Shown here one piece after another: positions 27,218 to 41,543 of a stretch of DNA of 64,000 bases. The stretch comes from Lingula anatina (Eukaryota > Animalia > Brachiopoda). The stretch spans positions 61,544,788 through 61,608,787 of the forward strand of contig CM120640.1 in assembly GCA_051362555.1 (NCBI GenBank). The letters are read 5' to 3'. The first letter of the stretch is position 1; each line of letters opens with the position of its first letter. The notes beneath the pieces were generated by a model. The model was given only the letters and a program-made list of their open reading frames with translations, did no database searches and was not told where the DNA came from. Both the position numbers and the translations under genes were made by a program.

Positions 27218-29020
27218 TAGAAAGAAAGAAAGAAAGAAAAAATAGAGATATCATACATAAAAAAAAGAAAAAATGTTTACGATTGACCTATTATGATTGT
27301 AGAGGAAAGGAACGGGGTAGTGATCACACTTAAAATCTCTCCCTGACTTAATATCTGTAGCCCATGTGAGCATCTGAGCACTAAGCTTAACGTTGACTTA
27401 ACGGTAAGAGGCAGTTTTTTATATATCTCCAGAGCTATACAATGTGACAGAAAACACGTTAATTTAAAGTTACAGTTAATTGGTTATTTTCTCACCTGTT
27501 AGCACTGGTCAGCGATTAGCTTTTCTTCTTCAGTGCAAGTGCCCGTCCGTACGCAATTCCTCCAGTTAGTGTCCTTAGCTTTTCTTCGTATGGTTGCACT
27601 TCTACAGCTTGTACAAGAGTGCACTTCTTTATACAGAAAACCAGACCAAATGTAAAAATCAACTTTTCGACCTTGCCGCAATCAGATAAGTAAAAATAAA
27701 CTTCTTGACTTTGTAAAATGATTGCCTCCCAAATAATTCCAGGTTTTGTCGAAATGTCATCAGATTGTGAGCTTTGTTTATACTGAAAAAATGAAGGGTT
27801 TCCCTTTCCCTTAACTGACGACAATTGATCCAATTTACTTTAACAAGTTCTAAATTAGCTTATTTCAGAATATAGTAAACCAGCTATGGCGGAGGTGCTG
27901 TTTATCAGTGAATGCGTTGTACTTGCGCTTGCCGTTAAACGTGCTGGTTAAAAAATCCCACAATTCTACCAGTAAAGCGCTCAACTTTTTCACGAAGTTT
28001 CTTCACAATTCTTTTTCTACCTGTGCGTTGTGTCAAAAAATAAGCCTTGTCAGTAAAAGTGGATAGCACTCAAATTAAGCATTAAAATCTTAAATGTCTC
28101 TCTTGCCGACTATTTGGTATCTGCTGCAGACGATCTCCCGAGTCTCCACGTAGTTTGAGCCACTAGGCTGACCTCAGTACAATGAGTAGTCTAGGTAATC
28201 GAACTTCATTAATTTATTCGGACTGCGGCGAAATATGCAAAGTTCCTAAAAAAGAAAGTGGGAATCACAATGGGAAAAAGTTTCAAAAAGTATCAACTTG
28301 GCGGTAACTACTAAAGTGTCTTGATTTGTTCCCTACCACCTGTCTCTCCCTAAGAGAACATGCGAATTCCAGCCAACGAATTGTCTCAAAGGCATTTTCC
28401 AGATGGAGTAGTTGGAGTCAAAGACTACAATCGCACTAATAAGCCACAAACTGCTTTTAGTATACTTCGGAAATCACGGCCGGAGACTGGTATTTTTGAA
28501 CTATATAATTCTTCGATCTTGGGGTTAAAATTCTCAGAGAAACATAATTACCATTTGTTGTACATGATCGCTCGAAGACACAGACCAAGATTGTGTATTA
28601 TAATGTAGTGTATTGTATTGATTGTGGCCACGGTGTTATTTGACACCGAGGATTTCTCCGTAGCCGCAGTCATTTCTTCTATTCACAGATCACACCTCGG
28701 TCAGATTTCATTCTTCGACACCGGTAACACTAAAACAAAGACTTTTCAATAGGCAAACTCCTCAATTAAAGCTGAACCGGCGTCAAGATGATTGGACAAC
28801 TTCATTTGTTCCTATCTGTCATCAGTCACATTATACTCGGATTGAGCTTGTGACAAGATACTCCACTTGCAGTATACTTTTTGACCATTTTCATCTCGTT
28901 ATTCCTCACTCCTATCCTATGGGCTAAAGATGAACTATTGGTGACGGGATATGATCTGCCGCTCGTAAATTTATTCAGATTTCACCTTCGGTGAATTACA
29001 CGCCTTGGATCATTGTTGGT

Positions 29021-29057
<37 letters not shown>

Positions 29058-29266
29058 CTTTAACGCTGATACCAAACTGCATGAACCGATTCACGTTACC
29101 TTTGAACGACATACAGTGTTTTCACTTACCAAATTGCTCTATAGCAATTAAAAGCTAAAGAGATTCAGTCTGTTCCCGAGTAGCAAACCCCGAGTTATCG
29201 CACGGACTAACAGCATAAGGCAAAGCTTCATGCAATCTGCAATAAAAATTCAGAAATAAAACTTAC

Positions 29267-29500
29267 CTGAAGTTTTGGTAATATTCCAAGGTAAGTTGCA
29301 CTTTACAACTTACTAGATTTAAAAAAATCGAATGAAACACAAATCTTCCTTTTATCATGGCTCACGCGGAGAGGAACACAGAAAGTTTTATTTGATTTGG
29401 CTTATACACAGACGCTCTCTGGTTTCAGGTTTACGTCACAAATTCAAAAGCTGAAGCACGGTTTCAAGTTTACGAAAGTGTATTCTCACACGCGCCGATA
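29267..29500 (-). promoter_or_regulatory. Putative DAT non-coding first exon and promoter
   Basis: Consensus donor CAG|gtaagt at 29266; CpG-rich upstream region with a CRE-like TGACGTAA (29431-29438, minus strand). Confidence 0.4.
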
Positions 29501-29620
29501 TAATGGCGCCCTTAACACAAAACGACTTCAAACGAAAACTTTAGCACGATGCTTCATGCGCATCTTCACTTCAGCTATTTTACCGAACGCCGTTTATAGT
29601 GAAATAGCACACTTACACAC

Positions 29621-29700
29621 ACAAACACCTGTTTGAAAGTTTGGTATTTACAGACACCCGTTTTAAAATTAAGTGTTTACAGACACCTGTTTCAGAGTTT
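29621..29700. repeat. About 3 copies of a 29-bp tandem unit (ACAGACACCTGTTT...)
   Basis: Units start at 29621, 29650 and 29679. Confidence 0.7.
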
Positions 29701-31052
29701 AAACCAGAATTGATAGTTCTCTTCCTAAAAAACTAACAATCTACATAGAAAATGCTTTTCTCTATAGAATGGCGCATCTCAACGTTTTTTCGTCAAAATG
29801 TAAAATTTTCTATATAACTATTTCCAAAGGGTCGTCACATGTTATCTTCATGCATTTGCTTAAGTGTAATTAATTTTAATTTGTAAGTAATTTTCAGTTC
29901 CATGGTTATAAAACCACAAAATAAATTGCACTTGAAAACTTAACTTCAAATTGAAGGTAAGTTTGTCTTATCCTTGTCTTATCCTCCTTTTCTTCATATA
30001 ACATTTCTATAAAAAGAAACAATATACAAAATGATTCGCTTAAAATAAGTTTATCAATGACGATGCATTATAAAGAACATACATTTACAATACTAAACTG
30101 TGCCTGTCAATACAGAATATTCTTTTGCAATCTGTACAAAGATGCCCTTTACTCTTCTAACAAATATTAAATACGTTTTATAAATAATTAAATTAAAAAA
30201 ATACTTCAAATAAATCTAAATTTCAGCATCACTGAGAACAAAAATTACTATTATAACAGAACTGTTAAAGGGGGTAATTCACACAAGTTTGGGAGGAAGT
30301 ATTCTAAATCAGTGTAATTTTAACAGTAATGTAAAACGTTCTAAAATTCCTGAAATCCGCCTTCTTTTTGTTGTTACAAAAAAATATATCACTCCCATAC
30401 ATAACTATGGGCAGTGCTACATGCCCAAAAGTCCTACCAAAGAAAAAGAGCAATCTCACACGTTCAAATACATGAGACTAAACTAACAACAGACCAATTC
30501 TATAGCATTATTACCTTGTGAAATGTCAACTTGATTTAAAAAAATAGGCTATAGCAATAAAGGTTAAGACTAACTGTGACCATCTGGAAGGGGAACAGGA
30601 AAACAATAAAAAACATTTCCTTTAAATAAGTACAGACTATGAGAGGGGCAATCATATTTCACAGATGAAATGTATTTGAAAAGAACAATGTCCCTATTAA
30701 TTATCCTATCATATAATTTCAGACTCCTGTGTATACAAACTTAAAATGTAAAATGTTAACGCCATGCAAGAGTTGTTCTTCTAAAACTTGACATGCTTAC
30801 AATGCCATCAGGAAAGCCTTCCTGTATATCACTGAACATCTGTGTACATTTGACAGTTGCCTTTCTTCACAATGTCAACACAAATTTGCCTGGATTTGCC
30901 AGGATAATAACTAGACAAAACTTCAAACTGACACAAAACATCACTGTTACTTCAGAAATGGGAACCAACTTTTACTTAAACACGGACACCACAATCTATT
31001 CTGCTTTAAAATCTATGCACTCAAATCAAATGAATTATTTTTATTAAATGAT

Positions 31053-34000
31053 TCAGCCATCTTCCTGTAATATCTTGATCAGCTTGTGACAGTGATGCAT
31101 GACAGTGGTAACCCCCACACTCTTTCTATTGGCTAACACTGCACTCTTAGGTCTTGGGGTGGTGGTGCCACTCATCTGGGTCAATTTATCTACAGCATTC
31201 ATGGATTTCAACAAAGCCTTTAACTCGGTTTGGTTACACATGGATTTCAGTGCTGCCAGTGCACTTTCTTGGACGGTATACTGACTGTCATGACAGGCAA
31301 CTTCAAGAACACTGGAAAAGAAGCATTGAATATATACAAAAGTCTAACACAATGAAGTCATTGTTGCACCCTACATTTATTCATGAGAAGTAAATCTTAT
31401 TGCATTTAAATTCTGGCAAATCCAGGCAAATGTGAAAAAATCTAGGGATTGCCAGACATTAACAGCAAAGATAAAGCAATCCAGAAAAGGAGGCCAGGAT
31501 AATATGAATATACAGATCAAAGATCAATTCTGACCTTCCACACTATTTCAATGAAACAAGGATTGTTAAATGCTTCAATGCTGTTTATGCATAAAGGCAT
31601 GAGCAGAAAAAGTTTTGTATCGTGACTCTCTATACACCCACATCACACCAGGATGAATGGGAACAGGTTTACATAAAGCATATTATAAATTTCACCTGTG
31701 AACAGCCTTGTGTTTGGAGAGCTCTTCACACAACTGTGGAGAATGCATGGCTAGGTTACCTAAGGCACCTGCAGGAAAGTAAAAACATGTAACAAGCACA
31801 AATTTTTAGCAGGTGTTTCAGAGACATACAGAATGATAAAGTTTAACAGCTAAGCAGACCAACTTGATAGTGATCAGCCTTTAAAAACCATTTTAAAAAC
31901 TTTAAATCACTTTGGATAAATGTTTACACTCAATTATAGTTTAAAATGTATTGTAAAACGATCTTGTTGTCAATTTTAAACCAAAGAAAAAACCTGGCTG
32001 TCTTGCTACAGGCTATAACTGTCTACTTATTTCAACATGCTGGAAGCATGTAGCATGTGTTCATCAGTGTAGAATATAAATGTATCACTCACTTGCAGCA
32101 TTAGCTCTAGTTTTAGCAACAGAATCACTGAGCAATGTGATAAGGTATGGGACGGAACACTTCAGTTGTGGGTATAATTCTCCACTGTGATAACCTGCAT
32201 TGCCCACTGCATAGCTGGAGCACTGGAGTGTAAAAATGCACTGATATACATAACATGAAGCAGGGGTGGGCAGTAAAAAGACTTATTGTGATTTGCTGGA
32301 AAAGTGTTAAAACAGGGCATATATTGTAGAAATGAACATTTTTTTTTAATTTGAAAAAAAAAAAAAAAAAAAAAAAAAAAACATCTAATGGATACTGATT
32401 AATCTATGACTTGGCAATATAACTTTCCATGTTTTTCAATCCAGAATTATTTGTGTCAATGCCAAATTGAGAACCACAAGCTAAATATTACATTTGATGT
32501 AAAATAAAAAGTACAAGGCCTATATACTGAATATGTAGAACAACTCATTCAGCTGCAGTCAGGTCTGATGCATGGCCAACAAAAACAGGATAACATTAGT
32601 TTTAGTAATAGGTATACAGTTTAAATGGCAAGATACTGCATTCAGTTTTGGTATGAGATGGAAGTATTGAATAAGGTCTGATAGAAATTATATGCAGACC
32701 AAGATATTTAATGGGTATTGTGTATAGATGTTTCCTATAACATGTATTTCAAGTATGTTATTCCAAGCTTAAATCCATCTCTCCAAAATGCTAAAGTTCA
32801 TGGGTGGTATTTTGCCTTTTTACAAAATACAGTACATCAAACATTTGAAGGCAAATAAAAATGTTTGTTCAGTGAGGAAAACAGCTGTCAACATGTATCT
32901 CATACTTAGAAGTACCTAAATATAACCAGCTCTTAGCACATTCAAGGGCACCTTTATTTGTCAAAACTTTGATTTTTGTAATCAATACCCATTTATAGTT
33001 TTTTTTGCCTCTAGACTTGTTGGAAATTCTGTGGCTAATTTTTCGTTGTCATTTACAAAGAACTAAGTACACAATACAATTGATTTTTTACACTTGTGAA
33101 TACTGTGGCACACAAAGTGACAAAGATCAATGCATCATGTTTCACATTTGCACTGTCACAAGAAAACAATCCCACAAAGGTCCTCCATTCTCTAGAGTAA
33201 AATAAAGAACACAAAGGAAAAGAATATTTTGGGTTGTTTTGCACAAACTTTTGCATTTTAATAAATAGCAATCTAATGAGTCATCGCTGACATTTCACTT
33301 ACCGGGTACATGAGATAAATCAGAGGGATCCATAAAATTTTGTACACTGATATTTTCTACATAAAAATACTTGTCTTTAGAATAAGACATTTCCCTCAAC
33401 GCAGAACCATATTATACTAAATCTTACCATTCTGACATGAGCATCTTCGTCTTCCAGACACCTTACTAAACTCGAACACAGTTTTTCCCTACCATGCAAA
33501 AATAAATAAATAAATAAATAAATAAATAAATACTTTTAAAAAATCATAAAAAGAACACGTTTTGAACTATTCAAAATTTAAAAAGTCTACAGTAACTGAT
33601 TTTTTTTCCGCAAACTGATACTGTACAAGTTTCATTACACAAAATATACCTGAGTTAACACATTGATTAAAAAAGGATTATTACATCAGGCACAAACATG
33701 TAAGTTATCTTTAACAATCTTACTTATCAGACTTAATATAAAACTACAATTACCTTTGAGTAAGGACAGTATAGAATGTATTGGAATGTTTCATCATGTT
33801 TCCCATCATACTACATACTCTGGAACGTACCACTGGGGACTGGTGACACATAAGGGAGGCTAAAGGGGCACAGTCACCTGAAATACATAATTAAATAAAT
33901 ACACACACAGAGGCACATCAGGCATCACAAAATAAACATTCAAAACCAGTACTAAAGAGACACTAAACTTGTTTTTAAGTCTACACTTAAAAGTCAACTA

Positions 34001-37000
34001 TGTATTTTGGTGGTTTGGGTTTGAGACTGGGCCATATACACAGGGTTATATTCCTTGGTAGAGATAATATATCTATGCCATTCTCAAAAGAGCATAAAAT
34101 TCCTACCAGTTGCTGAAGATAATACACTTTGACCACAGAAATGAAATGTTTGATTTCTTTTACCCATTTATCCTCGATAAGGTAGAAAATGAGTCATTTC
34201 ACCAAAAACAAATAAGTCAGAGTATCTGCAGCCAAAAGGAAACTGCATGCAAGCTTTTAATGCCAGCAAGATAATTTCCCTATTTTTCTTATGTTTTGAG
34301 CACAGTTGGTTGCCACTGGAAAAATGCTCTTACCTTCAGAACCTTGGAAAATTCTCAGCAACAGATCTACATATTCTGGTGAGGTTCTGGCCAGGTGACT
34401 ACATATGGAGACCATATCACAGATCACAGATAGGGGGCTTTCAGGAGACACACACACGGATACAAATGACAGGGCCTTAAAAATAATTGTAAAACAGATA
34501 ATTAAGTATAATACCAATTACGTAAATTTTTCATTATCACACTTCAGATGTGGTCATCACTAAAAAAAAAAAAATTAGTTGCTGACAAAACTTGATGCAC
34601 AGCATACATACAAAATGGGTTTTCTTAAAAGTGACTTACAATTAAGGTTCAGAATCATTTTGTTTCAAAATATACCTACATCCAGCTCAACAACACAATC
34701 AGCAAACTGCAGTACAAAAGCCTGTTCTCCCAGAGTGAGCCTTGCCATGAGACCTACAGGCATTTCCATCTGGTCAGGCTGGAGGAAGTGTTTGCAAGCA
34801 GACAGCAGCCTCAATATGAGACCCTGGCTGTAAAAACAGCTGTAAATGTAATAAAAAATATATTCATATAAAATTTGCATCACTGCAATCATTTTATTAT
34901 TAAGAAATATGAAGATTCCTGGGAAATGGCAGAATTCTGCAAAGTCAGAAAAACTAGCAAGTTACAAAATTATAACTTCCTTTTCAAAACAATAAGTTAC
35001 AATGTTCAAACATACTATGCGCCTAGGCAAGCTGGTGGTGCATTTCCAATTAATCAGAAAAAAGTAACAAGTTAATAAGTCATTCATTTTCCCCCCTGCA
35101 CACACTTGTAAATTTCTTCCAACAAGTCTTCATTCATGTCCACAGCAAAGGGAAAACAGCATAACTGGGTCAGGTTTAGTATGGTCTCTACAACCATTTT
35201 CTGTCCATCTGGATTGCTGAAGATGAAGAGAGACCTTTGGGCGTTGAAATACACCAAACATAAAAGAACATCACAGCATAACAATAATGATTTTGATGTG
35301 GATTTTATGAAGAGCTTTGATAAGTATCTATATAACTGATTGTTGTACTTTTTTTTAATAAATTCAATAAAACCTTTTTACCAAGACATGTTGACAAATT
35401 ATCATCACAGCAATATTCCCCATATTACTAGTACATTAGTAATAATAAAAAAAGATGGTTGTGTGATTACTTTTTTAAAAAATAATTAAATATATTAAAC
35501 AAAATAAATAAATAGATAAATTATTAAATACTATATTTAAACTATTACCACTTTTCATACTACCTTTTCTGCAAGCCCCTTAAGAAAGGCATTGAGTACA
35601 TGTGCAGTATAGTCAATGTGAGTACACTGTCTGGTTTAGCAAGGCTTGGAACACACTGGTAGGTCTCCTAAGGAAATACACATCAAATTTGCTTTTCAAC
35701 ACATTAAACATCTTGAATCCAGGATCTCACTTTGCAAGTGAAATGAACTGATATCAGGTAAGAGTGGACAGTATTACACATAGAAAGAATATGAATTTTA
35801 CATTGAAAGAAAAAACAGATTTAATCATAAATATGATCATCACCATCATATGAGGCATGTGTATGAAAGGTTCATATCAGTTAATATAATTCATTTTTGT
35901 GCAGTGAAAATACCCTTTTTGCTGTAATGTCCTACAGTCAAAGAAAAAAAAAGATAACTATTACATGATATCGATCCCTATAAGATAATATCAATATCAT
36001 ACACTGCCCTTACCTTAGTAAAGACTGCTGCTGCCACCTGTAGTGAAGCCATTAACCCCTGTGGTGAGATAAGTGTCCAGTCAGTCTGGTCAGTTTGTTC
36101 AGAACAACCAATTTCAGCATCAATGTCATGGACTGGCATGTTTGTCTCTGGGTTGTGTACCTGCAAGCGAATTCCATTAGTGATTTATCTAAGCATTCAA
36201 CTGATAACAAACACACAGTGAATGATGAACAGTCACATGAATATGAACATAAAACATGTAAATCAATATACTAGGCCATAAACTCTTACATCATGCTCTC
36301 ACATTATTTCAATATAAACTTAAGAGGATAAAGGTTAATATCACACCATTAATATTAAATTGTACAAGGTCATGATAATCTATGTACTAGTACAGAAATA
36401 AATTGAATTGAATAGTAAATATATTTTTTGAAAATGCATAAACAGTCTTCTATATTCCTATTCAAGATGCAATTATATCTGAAAGACAAAGCAAATTAAG
36501 GAAAAATATGAATAAATATTAAAGTAGGAAGCAGACTAGCATACCTGCATCATTTGAGCCAGCCTGTGGATCAACACATTCCAGATTCCACTTTCAATGT
36601 ACAATCTGGCCATTGGAAGTTGATCCTAAAATGATAATATTACAAATTAATTCACAAACTTTTCATTCAAATACAAGATAAAATTGTTATGCAATTCATT
36701 AGCATTTTATATGCCAAATCCCACTGACACAAAAATCAATTCTATAATAGCAGCCAAGATTCATTGCTGAATCTCTTCCCTAGATGCACAGACATATTTG
36801 AAAAGATACTGAAGATGGGCATACTTAGAAACATACCGAAGATAACATTTGGCACAGCAGTTGGAGAATGCCATCCAGAACACCATAGTCAAATGGGGTG
36901 CGAACACAAACCTAAAACATTTTAGGAAGTTGATCATCTTTTATAGTTAATGAATATTAAACACATTTCAAAATAATAAGTAATGATAGAAACAATACAT

Positions 37001-40000
37001 TAAAAATGTTCAACAAAGTTCACTTATTTTTCTTTGTTTTCCTAAAAGGAATGAATATAAGTACCTGCTCATCCTTAAAACTTTTCAGCAACAAATTTTT
37101 GTTACCTTCTCAACATCCTTACCTGTGAGAGGTCAGTGAAGACGGAGAGAGCTGCTGACAGCATTCCATCTGGTGGTACTTCAACTGGTAGGTTACAGTA
37201 GATAAGCTGGCTAAATAACAGGGCAGCAGCAGCCTAATAGATAATATAACAAAGAATAAAGACTAGGCAAGTACAAAAATCATAACCAAGACGTGATTTT
37301 CACACACATCTTTACTGTACCAAGTAAATTTCATTCTGATTCCCATCTCTACAACATGTCATGACTTACAGTGTGGCTTGCCAAAGTAGACTCGAGAAAT
37401 ATGGACACCATCATGTCTCCAGCTTTCTCTAAACTGAAACAAACAAATGAGCAAACAAAATAATGTCCAAACTTCTTAAACACAGGAAAACTTAACACAT
37501 TTTTCTTACACGTGTTTCAGTTTCAATAATTCTCAGAATACCATTAAAAGTAGGCTTTTATCAAATTAATAAACATGTCAAATTCACTCACTCTGGGGGC
37601 ACATCTTGAAGCTGTATTACAATAACACTTAAGGTGTGAAGCGTCATCTCCAAAGTGGAATTCAATTCTGCATCTTCTACTTCAACCTAGAAAAGAAATG
37701 TGTACATATAGATTTTGAAAAGGGAGCATGACTGTCAGATAAAAATTTAGATGAATATATTTTCTTCAACAAGGGTTTCCTCAGAACAAATCATTTCTTT
37801 TTTTACTGATTTTTCTATTCAATGATAGTTCATTATTTTCTTTGTTTTATTCTTTTTCCATTCAAAGAATGCTTTTCCAAATATATCATTCTTTATTTTT
37901 TCTATTAATCAACTGAATAAACCAGTCTTTTAATCACTATAGAACTTACAAGGACTGCTTTCATCTTCAACAATAAATGCAACTATAAGTGATAAACAAG
38001 CAAAATACTCACCATTCCTTGTAGAATTCCAAAGAAAGATTCCATGTGTGTTTTACTGTTAGCCAGATATGCACAGAGAGAAGGAGACATTTGACATGCT
38101 GAGTATATAGTCTGAAATAGAAGGTACATTATCACTTTGAAAAAAGGGCACATGGCAGTGGACTTTGATGTGAATAAGATTATCAGAACTGTCACCATAC
38201 ATTAAATGCATTCAAAAGACTTTACAATGGCTGTGCCCAAACTCACCACAGGGAATAAGATAAAAATGAGAATAAGGGTAAGATTCTCCTTACTTGATCA
38301 TTTCATAAAAATCTAGCAACTGTTTTCTTTTAAATTCAAAAGAGGAAATCCTCTGCCGCAGTTTACCTTGAGCACCATGCTACAGGCCTGGGGATGCCGA
38401 ACCATCCTGAGAAACTCTTCTGTGGCTGGTTCCATCTTCTTATCACAAAGCCTTTCACCAACAATATAAGCAATCTGGTTGAGGAGAAAATGGTGTAATA
38501 TTTTGGATTTATCTCTATTTGCATGTATCAGTATATAAATTCTAAACTCAGCAAGAAAATTCAATATCTCTATGCATCTGTAAACTGTCTACTAACATAA
38601 GCATTTGTCATTTTAATCAATATTAACATTTCTATACTCATTCAATAACAAGGAATAGTAACAAATACCTTTCTTTTAGCGAGTAGTCCATCTTGGACCT
38701 CCAGAGGGATGTGTGTGAGAGCAGCCAGGCTGCTAATAGCAAACAGTACCATGTCCCCCATCCTCTGACATGCTATAGCCTTATCTCCTTGAGTTACAGC
38801 TAGAAAAGACATGTGTGCATTATATGTGGCATCTTTACTCTTGGTTTATGTTCAACAAGATATTAGTTGCCTCTCTCAAAATAACATTATAACAGCCACT
38901 TTCAAAAATTTCAAAGTCAAAATCAACACTTCACTTTGCTTTAAATCAATTCACAATCAGATTCAACTCATTAATTTTCTAATAGCCTAAATGTGATTGA
39001 TGCTGATTAGCCATTTCATCTACTAATAACTTTATATCTATTCATTCCTAACTTGAGCTACAAAATACTACTACAAACTCCTAATTTACTTTCCAACTTT
39101 TTCAATTCCTCCTCTTCAGCACTTGTACACAGAATGATGGCATCAACAACTGCTGTGTGTTTCTCAGCTATCCCAGAGAAGAACGGTTTGGCTATTTTGG
39201 AATGCACCTCCATAGTTTGACATAGATCAACAACACACTGCAAGAAATAACCAAATAGCTGGGAAATTGTAAAAACACTAACATCAAAACCATTCTTCAA
39301 AATATTTTGATTGTTAAATTCTTTTATTTGTTAATGCACAAATATAACTTGTTTAAGAATACCCCACTTCTGCGATAGCAATTTTAAATGTCTTTGACAA
39401 AGAGAAATGCACAGGAAAACCCTCAATTTTTTTATGCTTTGTGTAGAATTTTTACTGCACAAATTCAGATGTATGGAGAAGGGGTACAGGGATTTCAGAA
39501 AGGAAAAATTTAAGCATTAACTGCTGAAGTTTCAATTACATACCATGAATGTGTGATGTCTGAGCCTCATGTCATCATCCACATTTTGCCTCAGTAGTTG
39601 TGGTACTAAGTCAAAAAACTTGAAACAGTTGTCACAAAATTGCTCCAGGCTGTAAGAAAAGAAACTTTCAAGTATTAGAATCATGACATCAATAATATTT
39701 ACAAATTTATTTACAAAATAAAATCAATAGATAATATCTATATTTCAGTCTGTTCCAAACCTATCTATCTTTTGTGTCCATTTGTCACCACAGATACCTT
39801 TCTTATTCTCTGCAAGGTGTGAAACAAAGTTCAAAACTTCACATTAGATATGCACACTATTTTATGGACATCCTTTTTCTAATTCAATATATTATGATAA
39901 GCTTGACTAATTTTTACATAATTCTAAATTACCTTTCTTTTTTCACAGTTTCTGTCTCTAGAATCTCAATGGCAAAGTAAGCATGTATATCAATCACCAG

Positions 40001-41496
40001 GTCAACTAAGATCTGCTGACTCCAAGGTTGCTTAAAAATAGAAAATACAGGCAGTTTTGACACATTTAACATTAAAAGTTTGATATTTTATATGAATGTA
40101 TATTGTCAACATTGATAATGAATGTCCAAAATTACATATATATAAAATAAGGATTTAAAAAAGTGCTTATTTTCCCAATAATGCTCACAGAAAAAAAACT
40201 TTTTTCTTACCTTCAAGACATTCTCTTTCCTCACAACCTCTCTGATAAGTTGGAGTTGTTGGGAAGGCATGTCAACAGCTTTGATGAATGATAAAGTGGT
40301 TTCTAAATCACTAAAAAACAGAAACAATAATTTCAGCAATTTCATTGGGACTGGAAAATATAATGTTTGACATACAAAACAGAATGATTAGAAATGCCTA
40401 TCTTACTTATCAAGCACAAAACATGGTTATTTATTTAAAAATGCCTGTACATTTGCTTACTCAATTCTCTCCATATAAAAATAATGGTTATAAGCATTTT
40501 CTCCGAAATTACATAAAAAAATAACATGTAAATTGGTTAAAAATTGACCTGAAATGTTTAAGGGCTTTTGCTTTCTCTGCAACTTACCCCTTCGTAGGGA
40601 CAAGATTAGCCAGCACTCTGAGTACAGGTCTAAGTCTGGCTGCCCCTTCCAGCATACCATCCAGAACCTGTACTGATGAGGTCTGCAGGCGAGTCTTCAG
40701 CTTGTTGACCAATGCCTTGTTCTTCATCAAAGCTATATTGCCATCTTCCTCTGACTCTGTCCTATCCTCTAGTGCCTGCCATTCATCATCACTGTCTACA
40801 ACCTTCAATGTAAATCAAAAAACATTTTTCAAGTGACACAATGTTTTTTATTTGGTCTTACATGCCTAATTCTGATACTTTTATTATTGAAAAAATCTTG
40901 TTTCAAATAAACTTTATCACAATGATAATTTGTCATACTAGTTCCTATGTTATAACCATTTGTATATCAATGTTCATTATGTTTAGCAGTAGTTAATCAT
41001 TTTTTTACTGAACAAGCTGGAGATGGCAACACAATTGGTTTCCAATTTATCTTTTTATTGGTTAAAATGTGCAAGCCCATAAATTACTTCTCCATCCAGT
41101 TTGACATTCTCTATGTTCTTCCTGTCTGGACTTCTCCTTAGTGTCCTCCTACTGTCCACCTCAATACTGGGGTACTCTTTTTCATAGTCCTTACTGATGC
41201 GATCAGCACGGGGGGTGGGGTTCACCATCTGAGGAGATTAAAGTTTCAATTACACAATTTCCATACCTAAAGTATGTATTTAGTGGGTCCTCTCAGCCAA
41301 ATGATCCTGGCACATAACTCTGAGTGCAATTGTGCATATGTGCAAAAATACATACATCAAGAATCTTCTAAAAACATATTAAAAATGATTTAGTTTTCAA
41401 AACCAATTCCTCACAGACATTTTTTACCCATGTTGTAAATTCATCATACATGCAGGACATAAATCATACTTATTTTCTGTACTTGTATCTGAACCC

Positions 41497-41543
<47 letters not shown>

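Noticed and set aside
27496-27833. 105-aa and 60-aa ORFs with a CAG|gtgag donor
   Set aside because: More likely a non-coding DAT 5'UTR exon; the frames end in stops and lack homology.
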